Below are positions 1-8,716 of a DNA stretch of 64,000 nt, in pieces. Under the pieces are notes generated by a model, which did not search any database, was not told the origin of the DNA, and was given only the letters and a program-made list of their open reading frames with translations. The DNA comes from Abditibacteriaceae bacterium (GTDB taxonomy: Bacteria; Armatimonadota; Abditibacteriia; Abditibacteriales; Abditibacteriaceae): positions 928,001-992,000 of the forward strand of contig OZ255721.1 in assembly GCA_965277285.1 (NCBI GenBank), written 5' to 3'. Positions within the stretch are counted from its first letter, which is position 1. The number at the start of each line of letters is the position of its first letter. The translations under genes were made by a program, and so were the position numbers.

Positions 1-10
1 CGTTTACACA

Positions 11-697
11 TTGGAAAGCAACGCGCGCATTTTTCACGCGCTGGACAAAGCAGGCGGCGCGCTCGCAAACGGCGATACAGGCGCGCTCAACCTGGCGGAT
101 TGGGCGCAAGACGGCACGCGCATCGAAGTGCCATTCAAGGCATCAAAGCAAACGCAGAACCCGAACCTTGCGCCGCTTCCCGCCTCGTCCGCAAACGTTG
201 CAGCGCCCGAAAGCGCGTCCGAAACTTCGCCTCAAGAAACGTCACCAAGCGAAACCGCTTCACCGCTTTCAACATCGACGCCAGACGGTTCGAGTACTCG
301 AACGCCGCGCGCTGTCGTTTCTCAACCGCGCGTTGCGAAACGTGAAACCAAAGCAGCATCAAAAGCAAAAACTCAGTCGAAAACCATCGCCGGTTTGCCG
401 CGCGCCCTGACGCCGGACGGCAAATTGTCGAACAACGCGTCGCCGCAATATCTCGAACAGCATCCTCTCGACTTGAACAAAATCACGCGCGAGCAATTGG
501 AAGCCTTGCCCGGCGTCGGCCCCAGCCTGGCGCAAAAGATTTTGGATTATCGCACGCAAAACAACGGCTTCAAAAACGTCGAAGAATTGGACAATGTGAG
601 CGGCATCGGCGCCAAAAAATTGGCCGCTTTGAAACCGTTGCTTTATGTCGTCGGTGCAGAAGCGGTTTCGTCGCCAACTCTTGAAACCGCAAATTAA
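11..697 (+). CDS. comEA: ComEA-family competence DNA-binding protein (5' truncated by window edge)
   Basis: C-terminal helix-hairpin-helix motifs (LEALPGVGPSLAQKI; LDNVSGIGAKK), SLBB-like N-part and a Ser/Pro-rich linker. Confidence 0.85.
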   Translation: MESNARIFHALDKAGGALANGDTGALNLADWAQDGTRIEVPFKASKQTQNPNLAPLPASSANVAAPESASETSPQETSPSETASPLSTSTPDGSSTRTPRAVVSQPRVAKRETKAASKAKTQSKTIAGLPRALTPDGKLSNNASPQYLEQHPLDLNKITREQLEALPGVGPSLAQKILDYRTQNNGFKNVEELDNVSGIGAKKLAALKPLLYVVGAEAVSSPTLETAN

Positions 698-728
698 GCA
701 GCGAAGCAAAACACTGTGAGGAAAAATC

Positions 729-1202
729 ATGGGCACATTCGACGTATCGTTGCCAGCCGATCAGCCAATTACCTTCGCGCCGCGCTGCGTGGTCTGCGAA
801 AAGCCAAACCCGGACGAAAAAATCAGCCTCTCGATTGTAGGCGCCGATGCGGAACATTTTGCCAGTGTCAACACGCTCAACAAAATTGATGGCATTCCCG
901 TATGCAAAGCCTGCGCACCCGCGCTCCAGCATTACAACTTTCTGTATAAATTGGCGCAATACACGCTGGTTTTGCCGCCTATTGCCCTATTTGTCTTCAA
1001 CAAAACCCCGCTCTGGTTGAACATCCTTCTTCTGATCGCTGCTGTCGTCGCCGCGCCGCTCTACTCGGTCATTTCTCCGCCCGCTTTCGGCGCGACGTTT
1101 CTCAACGACAAAGCGACTTTTGAATTCAAGTCAAAGCTCGTCGCCGACGAATTCGCGCAACTCAACAACGCCGCGCCCGAGGAAGCAGCGCCGACCGAGT
1201 AA
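729..1202 (+). CDS. Hypothetical membrane protein with two CxxC motifs
   Basis: ATG with GAGGA upstream; CVVC...CKAC; two hydrophobic segments. Confidence 0.65.
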   Translation: MGTFDVSLPADQPITFAPRCVVCEKPNPDEKISLSIVGADAEHFASVNTLNKIDGIPVCKACAPALQHYNFLYKLAQYTLVLPPIALFVFNKTPLWLNILLLIAAVVAAPLYSVISPPAFGATFLNDKATFEFKSKLVADEFAQLNNAAPEEAAPTE

Positions 1203-1260
1203 AGCGCCGCTGAAAATCTCGCTCCACCAACCAAACCCAAAGCGCAACCCTCAAAAAATA

Positions 1261-1338
1261 ATGCTAATTTCTTAGCATAAAACCTTGACGCCGCGCGAAG
1301 AAATCGCTATCATTTCCTCAATGCTAATTTTTTAGCAT
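1261..1338 (+). promoter_or_regulatory. Sigma70-like promoter flanked by two putative BlaI operators
   Basis: TTGACG(1285-1290)-17 bp-TATCAT(1308-1313); palindromes ATGCTAA-N4-TTAGCAT at 1261-1278 and 1321-1338. Confidence 0.75.
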
Positions 1339-1353
1339 TGAGGATTTGGTTTT

Positions 1354-1743
1354 ATGAAATCGAAGGCACTGGCGCTGCATAAATTGAGTCGTCGTGAGCG
1401 ACAGATTTTGGATGTGGTTTATGCGAAGGGCCGTGTTTCAGCGGCTGAAGTTCAAGCGGAACTGGTGGATGCGCCATCGTATTCGACGGTGCGCGCGCTT
1501 TTGCGCATTATGGAGGACAAGGGCTATCTCAAGCACGAGAAAGACGGCAACCGTTACCTTTATTTCGCTGCGCAGAAGCATCAGGGCGTCGGGAAATCGG
1601 CGTTGCAGCAAGTGTTGCAAACGTTTTTCGGCGGCTCGGTCGAACGCGCGGTGACGGCTCTTCTTTCTTCCTCGGACACGCAACTTTCGGGCGAAGAGTT
1701 GGAACGCTTGGCGGCGCTCATTGCGCAAGCGAAGGAGAAATAA
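1354..1743 (+). CDS. BlaI/MecI/CopY family transcriptional repressor
   Basis: LSRRERQILDVVY..., SYSTVRALLRIMEDKG, FFGGS signature. Confidence 0.92.
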   Translation: MKSKALALHKLSRRERQILDVVYAKGRVSAAEVQAELVDAPSYSTVRALLRIMEDKGYLKHEKDGNRYLYFAAQKHQGVGKSALQQVLQTFFGGSVERAVTALLSSSDTQLSGEELERLAALIAQAKEK

Positions 1744-2664
1744 ATGGCATTTCCCCATGACGTGTCTTCTTATGCGGCGCCGTGGTTCGACCTGACCAAA
1801 GAAGTGCTGTTCAAAAGCTGCGTACTTTTGATCGGCGCCGCCCTGCTCTGTCTTTTGTTGCGCAAAGCGCCTGCGCCGATTCGACATCTGGTGTTGTCGC
1901 TGGCTTTGTTCGGGGTGGCCGCTTTGCCGCTGCTTTCGATTGTATTGCCCGCCTGGGAAACGCCTTTGCCCTCGTATGTGCAAAATCGCATCAGGCCGGT
2001 CGCCGTGGCGCCTTCTGTCCCATTGACTGCCGAAGTCAATCCGCCCGCGACCGTGCAAATGTCAACCGCAAGCGATGGCGACGCACCAAAAACAACCGAC
2101 TGGGCAACAGTGACTTTTGTGGTGTGGATTGTGGGCACGGCTTTTTTCGCGGCGCGCCTGCTTCACGGCTACTGGCAACTGGCGCGATTGCACCAAGCGA
2201 CCAGGCCAACCAACGACGCGACTTTGCTGCAAGCGTTGCGCGACGCGGGATCGAGTACTCGAACTCAGTTGCGATTGGCGCCGCCCGACAGTTCGTTTGT
2301 GCCGATGACGTGGGGCTGGAGGCGTCCCGTTGTGATGTTGCCGCAGCAATCGCAGGCGTGGCCAGCGGAACATTTGCGTTCTGTTTTGCTGCACGAAGTG
2401 TCGCACATCCAGCGGCGCGATTGGATCACGCAAATGATGGTGCAATGGATTTGCGTTGGGTATTGGTTTCATCCTTTGGTGTGGATGGCGGCCAAGCGTT
2501 TTCAAATTGAAGCCGAATTGGCGTGCGACGACCGCGTTTTGGCGATGGGCGTCGAGCCTTCGCAATATGCGGCTCATCTGCTGGAAGTCGTCAAAATGAT
2601 GACGCCGAAAACAGAAGAGAAAGCGGTGGCGAAAGGCCGTTTTTCGCAGGTGGAAGGCCGTTAG
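1744..2664 (+). CDS. M56 family (BlaR1/MecR1-like) membrane metallopeptidase without a C-terminal sensor domain
   Basis: HEVSH zinc motif, RRDW, WFHPLVW, ELACDD; directly after blaI. Confidence 0.88.
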   Translation: MAFPHDVSSYAAPWFDLTKEVLFKSCVLLIGAALLCLLLRKAPAPIRHLVLSLALFGVAALPLLSIVLPAWETPLPSYVQNRIRPVAVAPSVPLTAEVNPPATVQMSTASDGDAPKTTDWATVTFVVWIVGTAFFAARLLHGYWQLARLHQATRPTNDATLLQALRDAGSSTRTQLRLAPPDSSFVPMTWGWRRPVVMLPQQSQAWPAEHLRSVLLHEVSHIQRRDWITQMMVQWICVGYWFHPLVWMAAKRFQIEAELACDDRVLAMGVEPSQYAAHLLEVVKMMTPKTEEKAVAKGRFSQVEGR

Positions 2665-2692
2665 ATGATTGGGTGCTATACGCTTGAATAAC

Positions 2693-2769
2693 GTTGTAGG
2701 GACGCAGATTTCTGCGTCCGCTGTGTGAAAGTGTGAACTGGCGGACGCAGAAATCTGCGTCCCTACAAC
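2693..2769. repeat. Paired inverted GTAG-type REP (REPIN-like)
   Basis: GTTGTAGGGACGCAGATTTCTGCGTCCGC ... reverse complement; relatives at 12344-12370, 13494-13519, 16536-16629, 31564-31640, 60866-60891. Confidence 0.75.
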
Positions 2770-2841
2770 ATTAGCAACCTAATTTGCGAAGCGCAATTTA
2801 AGTGAGTTCGAGTACTCGATACTCGGCTCAGGGAGTCTGCA

Positions 2842-3942
2842 ATGAAGATCTTAATGAACGTTGAAGATGTATCGGTCACGATGGCGCAAGCGTCACAACT
2901 CAAGCAGCGTTTAAGCGCTATTCTCGATGGCAAGCACGCTCGTCGCCCCGTCACTCGCTGGACAGTCGCGGCCTTGTTCGTTACCACGGGCGCTGTTCTG
3001 CCGTTGCTGGCATCGGCTCAGAACTCCGGCACTTCAGCCCGCAACGCCCAGAAGGCGCAATCTGCGGTGTACGAATCTCTCAACTACGGGTTTGACGTTC
3101 AAGAAAATGGGTTTGACATCAAAGAAGCCGCCAAAGCGACCAACTTGAAGATTTTGCGCCAGGGATTTGGCGCTGATGGTGTGCCCATAAGCCGGTGGAC
3201 AGAACTGTCAAGTGCGCAGTTTCTGGTTGCGACGCTGCTCTACAATGACCCTTCCACGTTGCAACTCGCTTTGGATAAAGGGGTCGATGTCAATGCTCGG
3301 ATGGAACACGGAATCACGGCTTTGCACGTCGCAGTGATCTTTCGGCGCGCCGACATGGTGAACGTCCTGCTGCGCAACGGAGCCGACATCAACGCGCAAG
3401 CCGCCGGCAAAACGCCCCTCGATTACATGGCGGTTCCGCCACATCGGTTTGCGCAAACAGGCCAGGATCAACAAATCCTTCAGATGCTCAAGCAGGCGCA
3501 AGCCGCTGGCGGTTCGCGTCGGGCGGCGCCGCCGAAAGCGCATTCAAAAGTCATTGACGAAGGGCGAGTATCGCCCCGCGATGCGGTTTCCGCCAGTAAC
3601 CTCAAGCAGATCGCGCTCGGTGCTTTCATGCTGGAAACGAAGCAGGGAGCTTTAAAGATCACGCCTCAAGACTTCGAGGCGCAACTGTTTCCCTATCTGC
3701 ATACCACGGAACTTTTCCGTTGCCCTTCAATTCCAAGCGGCGAAGGTTACAGCTTCAACGGCAACCTGACGAATCTCAAGTTGAGCGATCTCTTGTACCC
3801 GCATAAAACCGTGATGTTCTACGAAAGCCGAAACGGAGAACTGGACTTTCGCCACGACGAAACCGCAACTATTGCGTTCGCCGATGGCAGTGTCGGCGCC
3901 GTCACGCGAGAACAAGCGAAAACGCTGCGCTGGAAGCCATAA
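2842..3942 (+). CDS. Membrane-anchored protein: M56 tail-like N-terminus, ankyrin repeats and H-X9-DG domain
   Basis: MAQASQLKQRLSAILD followed by a TM segment; GITALHVAV/GADINA/GKTPLD ankyrin motifs; RHDETATIAFADG; GGAG RBS. Confidence 0.8.
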   Translation: MKILMNVEDVSVTMAQASQLKQRLSAILDGKHARRPVTRWTVAALFVTTGAVLPLLASAQNSGTSARNAQKAQSAVYESLNYGFDVQENGFDIKEAAKATNLKILRQGFGADGVPISRWTELSSAQFLVATLLYNDPSTLQLALDKGVDVNARMEHGITALHVAVIFRRADMVNVLLRNGADINAQAAGKTPLDYMAVPPHRFAQTGQDQQILQMLKQAQAAGGSRRAAPPKAHSKVIDEGRVSPRDAVSASNLKQIALGAFMLETKQGALKITPQDFEAQLFPYLHTTELFRCPSIPSGEGYSFNGNLTNLKLSDLLYPHKTVMFYESRNGELDFRHDETATIAFADGSVGAVTREQAKTLRWKP

Positions 3943-4001
3943 CTGTGCAAAATCCAGTTATCGAGTACTCGATGCGCCGACTTAGAACCCCGGAGATTCG
4001 C

Positions 4002-4688
4002 ATGAAGATTTGGATGAACGTTGAAAACGTCGCATTAACAATGGCGCAAACGTCGCAAGTTTCGCTGCGTTTGCGCGCAGTTCTGGACACCAAGCGCCGC
4101 CGCCATCCGCTGGGGCGCGCGACAATCGTGTCGGCGTTGTTGCTGACGGCAAGCGCAGTTCCCCTTCTGGCGGCGGCGCAAACTAAAAGCGATCCGGCGA
4201 TGCAGGCCAAAGACAGCAAAGCGCAACCGCAATATCGGTTTAACGTGGACGGCAAGACTTTGTGGCTGATCACTTCCACGAGCGGCGCGGTCGCGCTCGT
4301 GGCGCCGAAATCGACCGAAGACAAAGATTTCATTGACTTCGATGTTCCCGATGGACAAATCATGTTTGCTGCGAAAACGGTTTGCATGGCCGGAGGAAAA
4401 TTCGCCTTGAATGGCAACGTCGTCGTTTCTGTGCGCGATAAAAGCGGCAAGGACACGATCTTGTTCAAAGCCGAGAGTGCAACTTTGGTTGGCATCGCTC
4501 CTCCAACCGGAATCCGGGGCGGGAAATTCGACTTTGCTGCAAAAAAGGTTATTGCTCGAAAAGACGAACTTGTTCTCAATGACCATGCCGCCCTTACGGT
4601 TCGAGACAAAAAAGACTTGAGCAAGATCTTGTATCGGTTGGAAGCGGAGAGCATGACCCTCCAAATCCCCGCGCAAACCCGCCGGTAA
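4002..4688 (+). CDS. Membrane-anchored protein with an M56 tail-like N-terminus paralogous to the preceding ORF
   Basis: MKIWMNVENVALTMAQTSQVSLRLRAVLD followed by a TM segment; GGAG RBS before ATG 4002. Confidence 0.72.
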   Translation: MKIWMNVENVALTMAQTSQVSLRLRAVLDTKRRRHPLGRATIVSALLLTASAVPLLAAAQTKSDPAMQAKDSKAQPQYRFNVDGKTLWLITSTSGAVALVAPKSTEDKDFIDFDVPDGQIMFAAKTVCMAGGKFALNGNVVVSVRDKSGKDTILFKAESATLVGIAPPTGIRGGKFDFAAKKVIARKDELVLNDHAALTVRDKKDLSKILYRLEAESMTLQIPAQTRR

Positions 4689-4764
4689 AGGTTTTTCACA
4701 ATTCAACAGAAAGGCCGCGCATAGAAAATATGCGCGGCCTTTTGTGCTCAATCGAGTACTCGAA

Positions 4765-5574
4765 TCAATCGATTTTGATCGTCTTCGGGTCGAAAGTGGG
4801 CTTGGGATATTTGGGATCGATCTTTTCCATCGCTTCGACAATCGCTTCGGCCAGGGCGATATTGCGCGCCCATTTGTGGTCGGCGGGAATGATATTCCAC
4901 GGCGCCCACTCGGTTGAACAATGATTGAGCGCGTCTTCATAGGCGTCCTGATAATCGTCCCACAAAGCGCGTTCGGTCAAGTCGCCGGGGTTGAACTTCC
5001 ACAGTTTGTCAGGATCGTCCAGGCGCGCTTGCAAGCGCGCTTTTTGCTCTTTCTTGGAGATGTGCAAGAAAAACTTCAAAATCGTGACGCCGTTATCGGT
5101 CAGCAAGCGCTCGAAATGGTTGATGTCATCGAAGCGGCGATGCGCGGTGTCTTTGTCGATCAGCTTGTGAACGCGCACGATCAAAACGTCTTCATAATGC
5201 GAGCGATTCCACACGCCAATCACGCCGCGCGGAGGCACTTTCTGGTGAATGCGCCACAAAAAATCGTGTTCCATTTCCTCGGCTGAGGGCGCTTTGAAAG
5301 AAGTCACCACAACGCCGGACGGATTGACGCCGCTCATAATGCTTTTGACCGCGCCATCTTTGCCGCCGGTATCGGTCGCCTGCAAGACGATCAAAACGCT
5401 CTGCTTGCGCTCGGCGTAAAGCGCTTCCTGCAAGGTAAAAAGTTTCTCGCGCAAATGTTCCAGGCGCGCGGTGATTTCGTCTTTCGACTTGTAGCCGCCG
5501 GTCGCATCGGTCGGGATGTCGCTCAACTTGATCTTCTTGCCCGGCTTGACACGCACTAAATCGGTTTTTTTCAT
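4765..5574 (-). CDS. ppk2: Polyphosphate kinase 2 family protein
   Basis: QATDTGGKDG Walker A, HDFLWR, NRSHYEDVLIVRV. Confidence 0.92.
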   Translation of the reverse strand: MKKTDLVRVKPGKKIKLSDIPTDATGGYKSKDEITARLEHLREKLFTLQEALYAERKQSVLIVLQATDTGGKDGAVKSIMSGVNPSGVVVTSFKAPSAEEMEHDFLWRIHQKVPPRGVIGVWNRSHYEDVLIVRVHKLIDKDTAHRRFDDINHFERLLTDNGVTILKFFLHISKKEQKARLQARLDDPDKLWKFNPGDLTERALWDDYQDAYEDALNHCSTEWAPWNIIPADHKWARNIALAEAIVEAMEKIDPKYPKPTFDPKTIKID

Positions 5575-5586
5575 GGTTTTCCTTGG

Positions 5587-5760
5587 AACCGCAAAGACGC
5601 AAAGGCGCAGAGAAATGGTAGAGAATCGAAATTAGAAGTTTGTCATTCTGAACGAAGTGAAGAATCTAACTGCAATCAGACGTTGAGTTCCACTCACAAT
5701 GACAAATTTTCACGGACGAGCCTTAACTTAATTTCCTTGCGTCTCCGCGTCTTTGCGGTT
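5587..5760. repeat. Nested inverted repeats: AACCGC-type arms enclosing a TGTCATTCTGA-type element
   Basis: AACCGCAAAGACGC...GCGTCTTTGCGGTT arms; TGTCATTCTGAACGAAGTGAAGAATCT inside; same nesting at 28494-28670. Confidence 0.55.
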
Positions 5761-6603
5761 CATTGCCACGCGCTCTTTCATCGCCTCGAGTACTCGATCC
5801 GGCACGGCGGCTCCTGTATTCGTCACACCCAATTGGATGTCGGGCTTGCTCAGTCCATGCCAATCGCTGCCGCCACTTTCCAGCAAACCAAACTTTTGAC
5901 GCGCCGCTTCGGCCCAACGCGCTTCGTCTTTGGTGTAACGCGAGTAAAAAGTTTCTATGCCGTCCAAACCCCAACTCATCCAATCGCCCAGCTTTTCTTC
6001 GAGTTGCGCCAGCGTGAAATTGCGATTGAGCGGCGGATGCGCCCACACCGAAACGCCGCCCGCCTGGTGAATCAAGCCGATGGCATCTTTGGGCGAAAGC
6101 ACGGCTTTGGTCGCATACGCCGGTTTGCCGTCCGCCAGGTAACGGTCGAAGGCTTCCTGCGTTGTCGCCACATAACCGCGTTGAATCATCGCCTGCGCGA
6201 AATGCGGACGACCAAGCTGGCCATGTTCTCCAGCGAAAACGCGCACTTCGCGTTCTTCGAGCGGCAAACCCAGTTCGCGCAAATTGTCTAAAATCTCGCC
6301 GTTGCGGTTTTTACGCGCCGCTTGAATCGTTTCGAGTACTCGAATCAGTTCCGAATCGGGATTGATGTAATACGCCAGCAAGTGAAAACGCCCGCCTTCA
6401 TAGGAAGTCGAAAGTTCCACGCCGGGCACGATTTCAACGCCCAATTTTTCACCGGCGGCGAACGCTTCATCCCAGCCATAAATCGTGTCGTGATCGGTCA
6501 CGCCAAGGGCGCTTAAACCTTGCTTTTTGGCGAGTTCAACCAATTGCGTCGGCGTCAGCGAACCATCGGAGGCGTTGGTGTGCGCGTGTAAATCGAGAGA
6601 CAT
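5728..6603 (-). CDS. PHP-domain phosphoesterase (TrpH/YciV-like)
   Basis: DLHAHTNASDG, TDHDT, GRPH, AHP, GGSDWHG. Confidence 0.9.
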   Translation of the reverse strand: MSLDLHAHTNASDGSLTPTQLVELAKKQGLSALGVTDHDTIYGWDEAFAAGEKLGVEIVPGVELSTSYEGGRFHLLAYYINPDSELIRVLETIQAARKNRNGEILDNLRELGLPLEEREVRVFAGEHGQLGRPHFAQAMIQRGYVATTQEAFDRYLADGKPAYATKAVLSPKDAIGLIHQAGGVSVWAHPPLNRNFTLAQLEEKLGDWMSWGLDGIETFYSRYTKDEARWAEAARQKFGLLESGGSDWHGLSKPDIQLGVTNTGAAVPDRVLEAMKERVAMNRKDAETQGN

Positions 6604-6643
6604 AAAGAAAATGATGAATACGGAATGATGAATGATGAATAAC

Positions 6644-6724
6644 GAACCTGAAGCGTGAGCGACGGGTGAAAACTAACAGTTACATCCAAACTCAAAGTTC
6701 ACCCGTCGCTTACGCTCGGGGTTC
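6644..6724. repeat. REP-like family GAACCCGAAGCGT(A/G/C)AGCGACGGG (paired inverted)
   Basis: Relatives at 32955-32981, 34400-34468, 36180-36207, 40591-40676, 58630-58693, 62393-62464. Confidence 0.75.
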
Positions 6725-6737
6725 GTTGTTCGAGGCG

Positions 6738-7298
6738 TTATCGAGTACTCGAAATGAGTTGTCGTGCTTCCAGATACGCCAAAATCTTGTGCACCGAATC
6801 TTCGACCGATTCACGGTCGCTTTCGACTGTAATGTCGGGGTTTTGTGGTTCTTCATAAGGGTCGGAAACGCCGGTGAAGTTCTGGATTTCACCGGACAGC
6901 GCCTTCTTATATAAGCCTTTCACGTCGCGCGCCACAAGGGCATCGAGCGAGGCGCGGCAATAGACTTCGACGAAAGTGGCGCCATCGGCTTCGGTCATTT
7001 CGCGGCATTCTTCGCGCACATTGGCATAAGGCGAAATGGCGGCGGAAAGCGCGATCACGCCGTTGCGTGCCAGCAGGCTGCACACGAAACCGATGCGGCG
7101 AATGTTGATATCACGGTCTTCCTTGCTGAAACCCAGACCTTTGCTGAGATGCGTGCGCACAATGTCGCCGTCCAAAACTTCGACGCGATAACCGCGACGC
7201 GAAAACTCATCGTATAAGCTGTCGGTCAAGGTGCTTTTGCCCGAACCGGACAAACCCGTGAACCACAACGTGAAACCCTGATGCAACTCTGTTTGCAA
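6738..7298 (-). CDS. cysC: Adenylyl-sulfate kinase
   Basis: [30 protein letters not shown] start with a GAGGTG RBS. Confidence 0.92.
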   Translation of the reverse strand: MQTELHQGFTLWFTGLSGSGKSTLTDSLYDEFSRRGYRVEVLDGDIVRTHLSKGLGFSKEDRDINIRRIGFVCSLLARNGVIALSAAISPYANVREECREMTEADGATFVEVYCRASLDALVARDVKGLYKKALSGEIQNFTGVSDPYEEPQNPDITVESDRESVEDSVHKILAYLEARQLISSTR

Positions 7299-7472
7299 CC
7301 GAACACCTCGTTTCTTAAAATCCGTAAAATCGTTTTGTATTCTATCGCAAACGCCCGCCGTTGTTGAATGCTGGCATCGAGTACTCGAATCCACTTTTGA
7401 CACGTTTTCGCGCCCTCGTTACACTCGCGGTGCTTTCGTTTTCGTTCGACCTTTCACTTTCTTCTTTCTCGC

Positions 7473-8225
7473 ATGAACATTCCACCCGTCGAAGGTTCGC
7501 CGTCACCCGAAAATGAAACGCCCGCGCTCGTCGAAACTGCCTCGACTTCAATCGGGACGCCTGCGGTTGCCGCGCCTTCCATCACGCGCCAGATCATCGA
7601 CAGCATCGCGTTCGCGTTCTCGGCAATTCTTTCGCCGTATCTCGTCATTCCCTTTGGAACCGTCGGCATTGTCGCCACGCAATCGTTTTCGCGTCGCACC
7701 TTTGTTTTGTGGACGTTTCTCAGCGTTTTATTCTCGACTGTAATCCCCGCGATTTACGTTCTGATTCAAATCGCGCGCGGCAAAATCACTGACGTTCACG
7801 TCATGGAACGCGAGCAACGCGGCGGGCCGTTTTTGGTCGCTGTGATTTCGGTCGCCATTGGCGCCTTTGTCTTGCGCGCTATTGGTGCGCCCGCGGTGGT
7901 GTGGGGCATCGGCCTCATTCTGCTGGTGAATGGTTTGGTGCTTTCATACATCACCAACTTTTGGAAGATTTCGATGCACGTCGCGGTTTTAACGTCCGTC
8001 GTTATCGCCTGCATTATCTTGATTCCAAACGTCGGCTTCTGGCGCCTGGTATGGATGATTCCCGCCTTGATGTGGGCGCGCAAAATGCGTGGTCGCCATT
8101 CGCTGTGGCAAGGCATCGGCGGTTTCACTGTATCGGGCGCTTTAACCGCGCTCGTTTTCTATACAGTCAAATTGTGGCCGATTGTCGAAGGCGCTTTTCA
8201 TCGTTTGATAGTTCATGGCCATTGA
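7473..8225 (+). CDS. PAP2-like integral membrane protein
   Basis: Multiple TM helices; KISMH and R..GRHS motifs. Confidence 0.65.
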   Translation: MNIPPVEGSPSPENETPALVETASTSIGTPAVAAPSITRQIIDSIAFAFSAILSPYLVIPFGTVGIVATQSFSRRTFVLWTFLSVLFSTVIPAIYVLIQIARGKITDVHVMEREQRGGPFLVAVISVAIGAFVLRAIGAPAVVWGIGLILLVNGLVLSYITNFWKISMHVAVLTSVVIACIILIPNVGFWRLVWMIPALMWARKMRGRHSLWQGIGGFTVSGALTALVFYTVKLWPIVEGAFHRLIVHGH

Positions 8226-8697
8226 TTACCCAGATTTCGAGTACTCGATTTCCGCATTTCCAATCATGGGAATCAAAATCTTCGTTTTGTCATCGAACGT
8301 TCATATCAAGAAAGAACACTTTACAAATGTCCTGGCGTCTTTGCCAAAACTGCAAGGTCAGGAAACAACGGGTTCGCCAGAAAACCGTCACTTTATGTGG
8401 CTGCCGTGTTGCAATCTCGCCGATGTTCAAACGCTGAAAAAAATGCGCGCGCTGTGGCGTTGGCCATTTGAAATGAATGAAGATGGCGATATTGATGCTC
8501 TGTTCTTCACCGGCGAAAAACGCGGCGATGAAAATTTGTTTTTCGCAGCTATCGCGCCTTACGTGTCTTCAGGAAGCGAAATCGTCGTTTTGAGTGAAGG
8601 CGATGGCGAAGGCTACAAAGTCTGGCGTTGGTTGTTCAACGGACAAGCGTGCCAGAAACAAAACGGCCACATGTTTTTGAATAACAAGCGCAAATAG
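8215..8697 (+). CDS. Hypothetical protein
   Basis: ORF overlaps upstream gene end, same direction; start uncertain. Confidence 0.55.
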   Translation: MAIDYPDFEYSISAFPIMGIKIFVLSSNVHIKKEHFTNVLASLPKLQGQETTGSPENRHFMWLPCCNLADVQTLKKMRALWRWPFEMNEDGDIDALFFTGEKRGDENLFFAAIAPYVSSGSEIVVLSEGDGEGYKVWRWLFNGQACQKQNGHMFLNNKRK

Positions 8698-8716
8698 AGT
8701 ACTCGAAACCTCTTTT

